A stretch of DNA of 63,995 nt, counting the filler, from Licmophora abbreviata (Eukaryota): assembly GCA_900291995.1 (NCBI GenBank). It is 28 parts of 28 records of this genome, joined end to end, with 100 filler letters (N's around TTAATTAATTAA, not from the genome) between each part and the next. Parts side by side here need not be neighbours in the genome. Positions count along the whole stretch, not along the records: positions 9,287 to 11,937 come from OLMU01005459.1; positions 12,038 to 13,042 come from OLMU01005463.1; positions 13,143 to 14,274 come from OLMU01005465.1; positions 14,375 to 15,561 come from OLMU01005467.1; positions 15,662 to 18,396 come from OLMU01005468.1; positions 18,497 to 21,371 come from OLMU01005469.1; 22 more parts are not named here. One strand, written 5' to 3'. Positions 9,391-21,252 of this stretch are shown here, piece after piece. Each line of letters begins with the position of its first letter. Positions within the stretch are counted from its first letter, which is position 1. Both the position numbers and the translations under genes were made by a program. The notes beneath the pieces are model-generated. The model was given only the letters and a program-made list of their open reading frames with translations. It ran no database searches and had not been told where the DNA came from.

Positions 9391-11937
9391 TTATAACAGA
9401 CTTGACTTGAAATCGTCGTAGTACATGGTGTTCTGCAAAGACTCAGCGTCGTTCCGAAGATACTGAGGAATGTCCTCTGCATGTTCTTCTTTGCTCCTTT
9501 TCTTGGACAGGCCCGTCATGAGATTCGACATGAGCGGTGCAATCGTTGCGGAGATTACGCTCGAACTGTTGGCGTCGCTAAACGAACGATAGTTGGTCGA
9601 GTGGTAGCTACTGCCTCCGACGCTGTGACTGGTCGAAAAGGATCGTCCAAAACCTCTTACAAAAGTACTGCTGGCCACGCTCATGTCTTCGTCTTCCGAT
9701 TGCGTCTGATGATAGTGGTCATTGACGAACTGATCTGTGTCATGGGATTGAGTAGAGTATACGGAGGACCCTGAAGTGGTAGGCTTTGAATGGCCGTATT
9801 GCAACGCTGGATGCGGCGGTGGTAGAGCGGCTTGAATTTCCGAAATGGCCTTGGTGAGAATCGATCGCTGCTTGGTGGTGAGAAAGTCATTGCGGAAGCT
9901 CAACGTCAATGGTCTACCCCTCGCCTTGATGGCCTTGCGGATACTGTCGAATGTCCACGCGCCCACTTCGACCGAGATCCCGTCAAACGCCACGAGTCGG
10001 GCACCCAACTTGGGGCGATTTGCCGTGTCCTCAAAGCCATGAAAGCCACATATCAGTACTGCATCGACCGGGGTCGCCACTTGTAAGACTTCCTGCTGTT
10101 TTGTTGTTGTAAGTGCGTGCCGTCCATTGCTGCCAGTGACGCGACTTGAAATGGCAGCGATTCGTTGCAGCTCTGCTGCTGTCGTTTCGGCCCCTGTCGC
10201 TTTGATTGCATGGCTTGGTAAGTCGGCCGTCATGGCATCTGTGAGCAATCCACGAGACGATACTTCCGCGGGGACCTTTTGGAACTGTAGGCCAATCTTG
10301 CGACTGTAAAATGACAAATGATAGACTCGCCCGTCCTCTCGTACCGCTGGAGCGACGTCCTCTGTGCTTCTTCTTGTTTCCACAACGTCAGCCAGAGGAC
10401 ACGCCAGCCGGGTCGTTGCTTGGCCTGTGTCCGTCACGACCGACTTGGACGACTCTGATTGCGTCGATGATCCGCACAAATGGGGAGGGACTGCATCATC
10501 GGGTTCATCAAGTTTTAGCAACGGATGCTCTCGATTGCTTATAGACTCGTCGTCGCAATTGCTCTCGAGTGACACTGACTGCTCCGATTCAGACACTTCC
10601 AGTAGACGGTTAAACGCCGAGGAGGCCGTCTCAGCATCTGGAAGGGACTGTGGCAACGCTGCATGGTGATGCCGCTGATCCAATGAGTCGCTGTCTCCGT
10701 ACTCTGCTCCGACAGAAGACACAGCCGACGGTGATTGCGACTCCATGGCTTCGTCGTCGCTTTCGTCATCCTCGTCGTCGTCCGAGTTCTCGTCGAACAA
10801 GGAGAGCGCCTTTGGTCGCAGAGGTGACATTCGTCCGCTGACGCGAGAGTCGTTGTCCGCACTGGTTGCAACGCTCGGGTCATTCATCAGACGGATCTCA
10901 TCTTTATTTTCAATTCTCCGAGTCACGTCAGAATCGGACGTCTGGTCCATTCTTGCCGGCGACATTTCCGTGTATGTACCAGCTTCAAGCTTCTTGACCG
11001 ACTTGCTCAGCTCGTTTCCCAGTCCGGCGTTTACACCCAAGAACTGCTCGTGGAGACGAATACTGGATATGACATGCTCTTCGATTTCGTCAATCAGCCG
11101 TTCTTCCTCGTCTCTGAGCACAGTGAGGGATGTTTCTTCTGTCTGTGCAGCACTCTTTTGCGAGGAGACGGGTGGGTCCAGTTGCTGCTGAGCAACAGCG
11201 CTCTGCTCTCGCGCTTGCAGATTCTTCACTTCTCGCACCAGTATTCGCTTTTCTTGTTTGCTCTGTTTCAACGATTTGCGAATTTCACAATTCTCTTCCC
11301 ATAGTTTACAAATATGTCCTTCCGCCTTGGCCATTCGCCGTTCCGTCGCTGTCACCTTTTCAGTGGCCGCCTGTAAATCTTCCACCGCAGTCCCCGCTTC
11401 CAGCGATGCCAGACGAACATTTTCACGCAATTGCTGGCAGACGTTCGTCAACGCAGCAAAGTGGGTTCCGGGAATATCAATCTCTTCGATGGGTCGTTCG
11501 TCGACACTTACGGTGTCCAGCAAGGATGATTCTCGATTGTGCGAAGTGCTGCCGGGCGGAACGGCAGAGGGAGTCTCGGTATTCTGCATAGGTGTATCCG
11601 TGACCGAGGTCTCAGGCTCGACTTCTTCTTTCGAGTCGGATGGAGCAGGCGAGTCTGTCTCCGTGAACGCCTCGCCCTCATTCGTATCATTCTCGTTTGT
11701 ATTTTTATCATGATTCACTCCTGCATCATCATTGCGACCAGCATCCGTAGTTTCCTTTTCCTCTTCTTCCGGCACTCTTCTCAAATGCTGCGTCAACAAT
11801 CTCAGTCCCTCATTCAGTTGTTCCATTTTCCTCTTGTACATGTCCGCATCTTGTTGAACTTGCTCCTTTTCTTCTTCTATATACTTGTACGACTCGAGTT
11901 CCCTTTGAAGGTCTTGCACTTGCACCTGACTATCACT
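9391..11937 (-). CDS. Large coiled-coil, low-complexity protein with a PDZ-like C-terminal region; 5' truncated
   Basis: 844-aa ORF with N-terminal heptads and acidic/Ser tracts. C-terminal region reads LSFYSRKIGLQF...PKLGARLVAFDGISV...FDSIRKAIKARGRPLTLSFR. Confidence 0.65.
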   Translation of the reverse strand, partial: SDSQVQVQDLQRELESYKYIEEEKEQVQQDADMYKRKMEQLNEGLRLLTQHLRRVPEEEEKETTDAGRNDDAGVNHDKNTNENDTNEGEAFTETDSPAPSDSKEEVEPETSVTDTPMQNTETPSAVPPGSTSHNRESSLLDTVSVDERPIEEIDIPGTHFAALTNVCQQLRENVRLASLEAGTAVEDLQAATEKVTATERRMAKAEGHICKLWEENCEIRKSLKQSKQEKRILVREVKNLQAREQSAVAQQQLDPPVSSQKSAAQTEETSLTVLRDEEERLIDEIEEHVISSIRLHEQFLGVNAGLGNELSKSVKKLEAGTYTEMSPARMDQTSDSDVTRRIENKDEIRLMNDPSVATSADNDSRVSGRMSPLRPKALSLFDENSDDDEDDESDDEAMESQSPSAVSSVGAEYGDSDSLDQRHHHAALPQSLPDAETASSAFNRLLEVSESEQSVSLESNCDDESISNREHPLLKLDEPDDAVPPHLCGSSTQSESSKSVVTDTGQATTRLACPLADVVETRRSTEDVAPAVREDGRVYHLSFYSRKIGLQFQKVPAEVSSRGLLTDAMTADLPSHAIKATGAETTAAELQRIAAISSRVTGSNGRHALTTTKQQEVLQVATPVDAVLICGFHGFEDTANRPKLGARLVAFDGISVEVGAWTFDSIRKAIKARGRPLTLSFRNDFLTTKQRSILTKAISEIQAALPPPHPALQYGHSKPTTSGSSVYSTQSHDTDQFVNDHYHQTQSEDEDMSVASSTFVRGFGRSFSTSHSVGGSSYHSTNYRSFSDANSSSVISATIAPLMSNLMTGLSKKRSKEEHAEDIPQYLRNDAESLQNTMYYDDFKSSLL

Positions 11938-12052
11938 NNNNNNNNNNNNNNNNNNNNNNNNNNNNNNNNNNNNNNNNNNNNTTAATTAATTAANNNNNNN
12001 NNNNNNNNNNNNNNNNNNNNNNNNNNNNNNNNNNNNNTCATCATCAGCTTGC

Positions 12053-12718
12053 ATGTCTTCTAGTGATAAATCCTTCCTGTTGGGTGTGCTGAGTGGCGCG
12101 GCGGTGGGAGTACTGTCTTCTTGTTTGATTGTACGCTGCCGCCACGGGAAACGTCGTTGTCTTGCACCACTCCGCATGGGAGGTGCGATTCGATTGAAAT
12201 CGGATCAATACGATCGATATACACAATTGCACGATGCGGTGTGGGAGGGTGTGCTGCAGCGCATGTCCAAAAGTAATATGCGAAACTTTACGCTCTACTA
12301 TCACAAGGAAACGTCTACCCTCTTTTCACATTTCGAATGGGTCGGTCATTGGAAGCACAGTAGCTGCAGCACGACTACGGTGCTGACACCCGAACAAGAG
12401 CATGTGCTGTTTGAAGCTGATATGAGAGCTGTGGCATCGGATCCGATTGTGAAGGAGTGGTGGAGTCAATGTGAGCCGTGTCAGCAGCCGTTTTCGCAGT
12501 GGGAGCCAGGTACGCCGCCGTCGCAAGGGGGGACCGGAGATTGGTGGGCTCCCCTGGTGTGCCTGTGCCACTGTGGGCATTGGCCGACTCAGTTTGCCGA
12601 TGAGCTTTGTCGAGACCCAGATCTGGTTCCCTGCAGTCCGAAAGGGGGAGCAACGGAACAGCCAACGAAAATTGTCTCGGCTGGACGGTCCGGTGATAGG
12701 AGCAGTCGACAGTCATAA
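12053..12718 (+). CDS. L-rhamnose mutarotase (RhaM)-domain protein with an N-terminal hydrophobic anchor
   Basis: AIRLKSDQYDRYTQLHDAVWEGVL...NMRNFTLYY...LFSHFEWVG...FEADM...DPIVKEWW. Confidence 0.82.
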   Translation: MSSSDKSFLLGVLSGAAVGVLSSCLIVRCRHGKRRCLAPLRMGGAIRLKSDQYDRYTQLHDAVWEGVLQRMSKSNMRNFTLYYHKETSTLFSHFEWVGHWKHSSCSTTTVLTPEQEHVLFEADMRAVASDPIVKEWWSQCEPCQQPFSQWEPGTPPSQGGTGDWWAPLVCLCHCGHWPTQFADELCRDPDLVPCSPKGGATEQPTKIVSAGRSGDRSSRQS

Positions 12719-12850
12719 GAACAGCTCTCGTTTTCGATTTTGCTCTGCCCTATGAAGTTAAACTGTAGCCATACCTGGCAGTCACTGGTAGAAGTGTACT
12801 AGTACAGTCTAACACTCTTGTATTTTCAATCTCGAATACAGCAACAACAG

Positions 12851-13042
12851 CTACCCAGACTTGAACATGCAGGTGGTCTTGCACTTCTTCAACCCACACG
12901 CCTGGCATTTGCCACTAGCACCCTTGGTACTCAGTTTTTGCTTTTCGCGCAACTTTTCTTCCTCCTTCCTCTTGGCAGCCGCCTCCACAGCTTGCATCTT
13001 TTCAAGCTCTCGCTGTGCGTTCATGGCCACCTTGAACTTTTT
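12851..13042 (-). CDS. 3' fragment of a basic protein ending in a Cys cluster
   Basis: The minus strand reads ...AAAKRKEEKLREKQKLSTKGASGKCQACGLKKCKTTCMFKSG-stop. The 5' part is in the gap. Confidence 0.4.
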   Translation of the reverse strand, partial: KKFKVAMNAQRELEKMQAVEAAAKRKEEEKLREKQKLSTKGASGKCQACGLKKCKTTCMFKSG

Positions 13043-13142
13043 NNNNNNNNNNNNNNNNNNNNNNNNNNNNNNNNNNNNNNNNNNNNTTAATTAATTAANN
13101 NNNNNNNNNNNNNNNNNNNNNNNNNNNNNNNNNNNNNNNNNN

Positions 13143-13813
13143 TCTCCGGAGGAGACTTGTTGTCGAGGACAAACTCGAGTTCCCCAAAGTAGGTAGTAGC
13201 AGCATCGCTGGGTTGCACCATTTCCGTCGACTGTCCCCAGAATCCAGTGCGCTTCGTCACTCGCACATCACCTCGAATTTGCACTTGACAGGCGAGCCGT
13301 AGTAGGGACTCTTCTTGTTCTTGCTCTTCATTGGCTCGAGCACGACGATTGACGGAATGCGGTGGAAAGTTGAGACGCGCTTGTTCCACTCGACTGCGTT
13401 GCATGGGTTCTAGCGATGACTGAGGTGTGATTTCCACGGCACATGTCCCGCAGGTACCCAGACCGCGGCAGTTGATGAGTCTTGCTCGTCCATTGTGCGG
13501 ACTGACACGCTTTCGACGGAGTGCTGCGGTGCGGAGGGTCTCGCCATGTTGAGCTTCAAACACAATATCGTTTCCTTTGGGAGTGGTCCATCGAATCTGA
13601 TGATTACGAGTCTTTTTGTTGTTGCTGTCTTCATTGACGGAGGGTTCCGATGATGCTTCCCAGTGTTCTGAAGATGCGAGTGATGAGGATGATACCGTCA
13701 GGCTCTTCCGACCTAGTGTTGCAAACGAGGATCGACCTCTTCTAGCAAGGAGTGACATGGCGAATACCAGAGCGATCCGTTTCATTCTCAGGAGTACAGT
13801 ATTCGGGGACATG
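13143..13813 (-). CDS. 2Fe-2S ferredoxin (cyanobacterial-like) with an N-terminal targeting extension; 3' end at gap
   Basis: GETLRTAAL...INCRGLGTCGTCAVEI...RLACQVQIRGDVRVTKRTGFWGQ. Confidence 0.85.
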
Positions 13814-14374
13814 GGCCGTTCGATTGTTCGCCGTTCGGTGTCAATGGTTCCGTCGCGACGACCAAACCATTCCGGTATGTACAAACGAGAAAAGCCAAAC
13901 GTAGACACCACGTCACCGCCGTCGGCCGTTCGGAAAGTCAAAACTGAAAACTGGTAGTGAGAAATTGAAAATGCCCTACAGAACGTCTGTTCAGATGCTG
14001 CTTGTGTTCTCACACGTTGGACAGTACTGCGCTACGACACTCGCAGCGAACACGAGAAGAACCCTGACATCACTCTATCCCCCGATGCACTTTTCCTTTT
14101 TTCACATCAAGGAACTCTGGGAAGAAGAGAGCAATCGGTTGACAATTGACAACGGCAGGTCAGCGAGCGAGACACAGCTACCAATACACCTGCTTTTGTC
14201 GTTGATTCGTCCTATATGCACTGCTTGTAGCTACCGATTGCCTGCGAAAAGGCCTTGATACGTGAAGGAGGACGNNNNNNNNNNNNNNNNNNNNNNNNNN
14301 NNNNNNNNNNNNNNNNNNTTAATTAATTAANNNNNNNNNNNNNNNNNNNNNNNNNNNNNNNNNNNNNNNNNNNN

Positions 14375-15188
14375 GGACATATCGTGCCCCGTCAACAGTC
14401 ATCCCCTGTATCTGCTGCCATATCGAGTCGTAGGGTGGCGTGTCATGTCCTTCGGAGGCATTGTATTTGCCCCCGATTCGATGTACAAGCAGAGCACTCG
14501 CAAAGTAAGACACGCTGTCGATCACAAAGCAAAGCTGGACTCCCATGACGGCTACAAACAGACCCCCCAACGCCGCGCCTATCGCTGCCATAAGCGACCA
14601 GGCAAGGACGGACAGAGTTGTCGCCTTTTTCAAGTCCCCATCTGTAGACACCATGAGTGGAACAATCGAACTTCGACATGGCTCGTACAGGGCCGCCACG
14701 GATTGCTGCGCGAACGCCACCTGGTAGACCAACGCAATCGATCTGAATTGATAGGCCGCCAAGTACAGCAGAGCCACGATACCTCCCATAACATCCAATA
14801 GAATCATGCTTATTCGACGATCCCTCGCGTCGGCCAAAGCCCCTCCCAGAGCCGAAAACAGTACGTTTGGGATGAGACGAACGACAACCAGAATCGAAAT
14901 TTTGGTTCTGGAAAGAGTTCCTTTGTCTTCGCCTATTTGAAAAATTTCAATCATTGTGATAGAAGCCACATAGGTCAGCCATTCTCCAGCGTGTGTAATC
15001 ATATAGCTCGAGAGGTACAGTCGAAACGGGCGGTTCTTTCGAAGCAGGGAGTAGTAGGATGAGGCGGCCTCGACGTCGTTGATCGTAGGCTTCTGAGGTT
15101 GTGACTCTACGTGCTGTCCAGCCTCCTCGATATCACTTGCTGTCTGCTTCATCTTAACGTGATCCTGCGTTGTTGAATTCGGAATCAA
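14375..15188 (-). CDS. Major facilitator superfamily transporter (MFS_3/DHA3-like), N-terminal half
   Basis: LRKNRPFRLYLSSYMITHAGEWLTYVA, motif A-like GGALADARDRR, six hydrophobic segments. Confidence 0.85.
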
Positions 15189-15661
15189 TCAAGCTCCTGA
15201 ACGAAAGAATAAGCGCAGCCTGAGTCGAATGACATTGCCCGCCAAAGAAGAACACGAAGGATGCATGACTGGAAATGTCAGAACGATGAGATGCCTTCTA
15301 AACTCTACCATAAGTAAAATCCGATGTACCAGGGATGTCACTCAACGCAAGCATCCATTCCCTTGTCTCTATGAATATGCGTTTCACGCCGAGCTTTTAT
15401 CTTCGCCTCCTGAGGGTGTACCTGATCTTACATTGTCCCTGGTACAATGAATCGCAGCTTCAAGATAGTCAGCAGCACCTGGTAATGTGTTGCTAGCTAG
15501 GATGCTCGCCCAAGCCTCACATCTTATTTTCAGTCTATTATCGAGTCAGTCACCTGCTAGTNNNNNNNNNNNNNNNNNNNNNNNNNNNNNNNNNNNNNNN
15601 NNNNNTTAATTAATTAANNNNNNNNNNNNNNNNNNNNNNNNNNNNNNNNNNNNNNNNNNNN

Positions 15662-18600
15662 GGCGCTCTTGTAGCTTGTTGGGGGGAGGCATAGAATTCA
15701 AAAAGCCACCAGTTCTCGCTGCCACACCCTCTGCGCCGCTGAACCTCGTCTTGGCCAATCGTGCCAAATGACGCCGCATCTGTTGAATCCGGTGCATGAC
15801 GACTGCATTTAATCCGTTTTTCTCGCAAAAGTTTCGACAGGCCGACTTCTCAGCAGCTCCACCAGCTCCCCTGCCTGCATAAGTATAGGCTCCCACGGCA
15901 AGCATGCCAGCTAGAATGTCGCCTCCTTTGTGCATCCACTTTCTCTTTTTTTGGGCTTTGAGTTCCTTTTTCTTTTGTACTTCCAACGCGTTGCTGTCGA
16001 TCTCATCAAGTGAGTCGTCGTCGTGCTTTTCTCCATCCATTTCACTTCTTTCGAAAGAGCTGTGAGAGTCAAACGGAGACGACTCGGAAAGAACCGCAAC
16101 CAAGACGATTGCATAATCCAAAACGCCAGCTTGTGCAGCAACAAGAAGCATTTTGCCATACCGCACCCCCAAAGGAAGCTTGGCCACGGCGGACCCGAGC
16201 CGAGTTATGTGTCCGTCGCCCTCATTTTGTTCGGCGTTTGACAAGTCGATGCAGCCAACGTTGGCTAGCAACTTGACAGCAGCATCGAGCTGACTCTGGT
16301 CAGGCGGGGTGGGAAACGGAAAGTTCGCAACATTTGAGATTTTCATAGCCTTCATAGCAAGCACAACATCCTCTAGAGGACGAGTCAGTACTTCAGGCAG
16401 CGCAAAATCATTCATGTGACGACTGTACATGCTGCTGGAATACAATCGGTAGCAATGACCTGGCCCTGTTCGTCCTGCCCGTCCAGCACGTTGGTCAGCC
16501 GCAGCCTTACTGATCCACATGACATCGTAAGAGGCTACTCCTGTTCCTGCATGGTGATTCCGGCATTTCTGTCGACCAGAATCGACCACGTAGGAGATTC
16601 CTGGTATCGTGATACTTGTTTCGGCAATGTTGGTAGCCACCACAATGAGGCGGTGGTCATCAGGTACAGGAGCAAACACTTTTGCCTGCTCTTCCGTCGA
16701 TAGCATGGAATAAAGTGGGAGGATATGAACACGTCTGGGTGTGTTGTCTTCCTTATCGGACAGGGACAGCTTTGTGTCTACAACATCGTCGTCGCTCTGA
16801 TATTCCATGTTGTCGAAGTCGTCATGGTCTTCCCTATTCTCAAAAAAGTCTCCATCAATCTCGTCGTCGTCAAGATCACGCGGGGCGCCTGATGACCCAG
16901 CACAGTTCTCATCCCCTAGTGATACGTCTTTTGTAGCTGTGCTCTGTGTCTCGCTACTACGTCCGAAAGCCCGTCGCAGTCTGCTGACCATTCGCGTAAT
17001 CTCCTGCTTGCCTGTCAAGAACACAAGGATCCCTCCTTTCGGAAGTTTCCTGTGAATTTTGCAGATCTTGTTGAACGCAACCGTTTCTTGGGCGCCGGAG
17101 AGAAAAGGAAGTGTGAGAATTAAGCTCATGTGAGGTATAGGCCTACACGCATCTCTCACAACATACCGTACTCCTCTAGCTCGGTAATCTTGCTATGATG
17201 AACAGTCACAGGATAAGTGCGACCGGGAACTGTCACGAGCCTTGGCTTCTGTGAAGGAAAAAGCCTTGCGTTCTCCATGAAATCTTCCACACGAAGCGTC
17301 GCACTCATAATGATCAGCTTCAGAGGTACAATTCCAGAGCCATCTTCCATTGAAGCCTTCCGTCGGAGAGGAACAGCAACACTCAAGAGTCCAAGAAGAA
17401 CATCCGTGTTTAGGTTCCGCTCGTGTGCTTCATCGAGGACAATCGCTCCATACTTTCGAAGCAGCAGATCAGATTGAATCTCCTGCAGAAGAATTCCGTC
17501 AGTCATAAACTTTACCCTTGTATCATTTCCAAGTCCAGCACTTTCGTATCGTGTCTGATAGGCCACGAGATTCCCTCTCTTGGCAGCCCCATTCTGGATT
17601 ACCTGTCCGTCGCCGTGTCCCATTTCATAGCAAACGCGTTTTGCCGTTGACACGGCCGCCACTCGACGCGGCTGAGTTATTCCAATGATGAGATCGTCAT
17701 CTTTATTATTGTCGTTTACGGTCAGCCCGGCTTCGTAGAGAAACTGTGGGACTTGAGTGCTCTTTCCAGACCCTGTCTCAGAGCATAGAATGACCACGTC
17801 GTTGTTTCGGACCGCGTCAACAATCTCAAACTCCATACCCGACACGGGTAGATCGTAACGTGTTTCCTGCACCGCTTGAGGGCGCTCTATGGGAAGAACA
17901 CGCCTGTTCTTCAAAGAAGGTGGTTTCTGTTCCAGTCCGATCCCCGAGGCCATCTTGAGCACGGCAGGGTTTGTTGGTACGTAGCGACTTCGCCTGCGCT
18001 TTTGTTCTTCTTCCAATTCAAGCCGATCTTTTTCCTCTCGTTCTTCTCGTTCCTTTTGTATACCTTCTTCTTTTTGACCATCGCTCTTTGTTTTTAGACT
18101 TGTCAAGGATGCCATCATTTGAGCAGCAAAGTCGACCGAGACACCAGTTGTAGAAATGGAGCTCTCTACTGCGACGGCTTCTGATGCCGGCGCCTCGTCC
18201 ATTTCGGGTGCCTCAGTGATAGTTTTGAGCGAGTCTGCCGCACGATCAGAGCCAGTATCCTCGTCGGGAACGGAGTGCTCGGTCGACACAGCCTTTGCGC
18301 CATCTGTTTTCTCGTCGCCGTGGACAAGAGCAGATGCTTCTGCGTTCTGCTTCCGCTTCTTCTTTCTTCTCTGTCGCTGCTGCTTTGGTTCGTTGTNNNN
18401 NNNNNNNNNNNNNNNNNNNNNNNNNNNNNNNNNNNNNNNNTTAATTAATTAANNNNNNNNNNNNNNNNNNNNNNNNNNNNNNNNNNNNNNNNNNNNGGTT
18501 CGTTGTCCTGTGTCGATGCGATCGAGTCGTTTTGCGGTGTACTCTCCGACTTGGCTTCGCCAGCCGCGAGAGCAGAAGACTCAAACGGATCGTCGTTGTT

Positions 18601-19320
18601 GGTGTCGTTGACTGTGGGTCGCCCCACATCCTGGTAGAGTATATCATTCTCTTCCTGTGTCAGTTTTATCCCCGCACGTTCTCTCTGCAGAAGTCGTCGT
18701 AGAGTTTCCCTCTTGGTCTCCTTCTTTCCCAATGTCGAGGAGGACGACAGAAGCTTCATTTCTTCTGACGATATTGCACTGCTTTCCAACTTGCTGTACA
18801 ATTCTTGTCTCCGCTTCTTTTGAGCACTTCGATCTGCCAGCTGTTTTAACTTTCGCTCCGTATTCTTTTGCAACAGCTTGGCCTGTTTGATTTCGTAAGG
18901 AGTCAATTCGACACGCAAATGTGATGCTTTTGGTCTCTTCTTTTTCTTCTTGGACAATACAACGAGTGGATTCTCGTCTCCCGTGATGCCTCCCAGCTCT
19001 TCCTGGATCTCCTTGGAAAGGATAGAAGTAGCAGTAGTCTCCACGTCATCGTGACTGTCGTCGGTCGGCCTGGCCCGCTTCTTGCTCTTCTTCCCGCATG
19101 CCGACGCTGCCTCTTCGTCGTTGTCTTCCGTAGTCTTTGAAGCAGTAGGTGTACTACCGGCCGTCATTAGATGCGATTGCGAATTTTGCAAAATGGACCG
19201 CAATCGCGCCATTTCGGCTTCATCATCGCCGCCCTCTTCTTGGCCAAGTGTCATGCGCCTCTGCGAAATGCGGCGGTAATTACGAGCATACTTGGCCGGG
19301 TTGCTCTTGCTTCGTCTCAT
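15662..19320 (-). CDS. DHX37: DEAH-box RNA helicase DHX37/Dhr1 (intron 17087-17166; spans gap 18397-18496; 3' truncated)
   Basis: ETGSGKSTQVPQFLYEAG, TQPRRVAAVS, DEAHER, MSATLRVEDF, ATNIAETSITIPG, QRAGRAGRTGPGHCYRLYS, plus a Dhr1-type basic N-terminus. Confidence 0.93.
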
Positions 19321-19570
19321 GGTGAAGGTTTTCTTGGGTAATTTAGAACATTGTGAGTTGTTGTGAGCTTACTGTCGGCATGCTCATTTCGGTGGCCTTG
19401 GGCGCGCCAAATTTCAGGGCAAGTGGAGATTCCGGATTCCTACGCGACTGGCTATTCTACTCGTAGAGAGTCCGACTTGAGATTGAAGCCTTTCTCTCGC
19501 CTGAGACTGCTACCTTCGTTACAGACTACTGTCTTGATTTCATACCTACATTGCTATTTTAACTTTACAG

Positions 19571-20842
19571 CTAATACAATGGACCCAAAACATAACGCGG
19601 ATCTGGATACTCTACCAAAGCTCGCGGCCGATCCTTCATAGACACCACTCCTGGCATGTCGTGTGTATCCGGTGGATGTATTGATAGTTGAAAGTGAACG
19701 TGAGGAGTGGTCCTGTATAGTACAGTAGAAATGAATGAATAAGGCATAAGCGTAAGTCCGTCATAACAACAGACGACTTCGCAAACAGCAAGCACCATTT
19801 TATCATCCTCAAAAATGTGTGATACGACTCACCATCCTCCATTTTCATGAATATCTCCCATTCTTCCAATCATCTTTCCCCGCTTCACGGGCGTACCCTT
19901 GCGTTTGTTTCGTGTACTCTTGTCGTCAAGATGTCCATAGAGTGCATAAATCTTGCCATGGTTGACCTTGTGTTCAACCACAATGACATTGCCATAGTCG
20001 CCGAGTTCCTCATTGTAGCCTGCCGAATGGACAATGCCATCTGCAAAAGCAAATACTTTGGTCCCTACTGGACCGTCCAAATCAATGCCCACGTGGACTG
20101 TTCGTACTCCTTGGTACGAGTCAATGCTGTTCTCAGTGTCATCAAAGAGGGCGGAAGCGTAGAGATTGACCCTGTTTTCGTCGTAGCGTCCCACCAGGTA
20201 CTCCTCCTCGCGAGGAGTAGTAGTGCTAGTAGTTGGATCGTGCTGTTTCTTTGTATGTTTCGTACTGCTACTGTCTTGCCCTCTCCTCCTCGCTTGACGC
20301 TCTTCCTCCGACGCCAGCATGCTGGTGGCCGAAGTCGTGGTGAGATCCAAGACGGAATAATTTGGAACACGCTTCCGTTTCATCCGCGGCTGCAGTCCAT
20401 CAAATCCAAAGGACTGATGCTGTGAAGTAGTGTCGTCATTCAGTTCCATCCAAACTTTGGGAAAGTGCACCACGGGATGAAAGAGTCGGCGTTCCGACTC
20501 ACTGATGCGCAAGGGATTCGGGTAGGTACCAAAGTCACTCAGTGTTTGGGGTGGGATGCTGACATCGTACTGTCCATCGTGTTGTTGTAGTTCTCCTACG
20601 AGCGGGTGGTTGTTGGAATGGGGGACTGAAGTAAAGGCGGCAGCGAGGAGGAATGCCACCACGAGCAACCAAGAAAGCGCCAATTGAAGCAAATTCAAGA
20701 CGACTACGATGTTTTCGCGTGAGGTAATAGGAATGCTGGGTTCGACGGTTTGTTCATGATGTTCCTCGTTCTTGACAGAAGCATCGCTCAGTGCTTTTCT
20801 TCTTCGTGGAGACACACTGTGGCTTCTCGTCGATACGGTCAT
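19571..20842 (-). CDS. Membrane-anchored M23-family metallopeptidase (intron 19713-19832)
   Basis: N-terminal TM helix, HVGIDL (HxxxD), GDYGNVIVVEH, YALYGHL. The spliced junction gives ENGGWTTPHVHFQL (HxH). Confidence 0.85.
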
Positions 20843-21252
20843 GGTGAGTATATATACGATGGAATGAATAGACTCGCTCTGTGAAGTAGTGTGTATTCGA
20901 CGACACCATCACCCCCGCTGTTCGGAATCGAAGCTCGTCGGTTTTGTTTTTGTTTTTCAGACGCTTTCGAATGGGGAAGGGTTTTCGCGCTCCTTGTAGC
21001 TCGTGAAAACTACCACGTGGAAGGATTCCACGTGGCAGTCCGCCATCCATCCGTGCATGACAACAATGACAACACGACCAACACAAACTCAAAATTGAAC
21101 ATAGCTCACTTTTTCTTTTTGATCGATCGAACGAACGTAGTTCAGAGTGTGGAAGCACACAATAACGACGCAAGACGACACTGCACTATACCACCACATT
21201 ACACTACGGTACTACAGGGCTTCTTCTGATTTATAGAGAAAGTGATCAGAGC

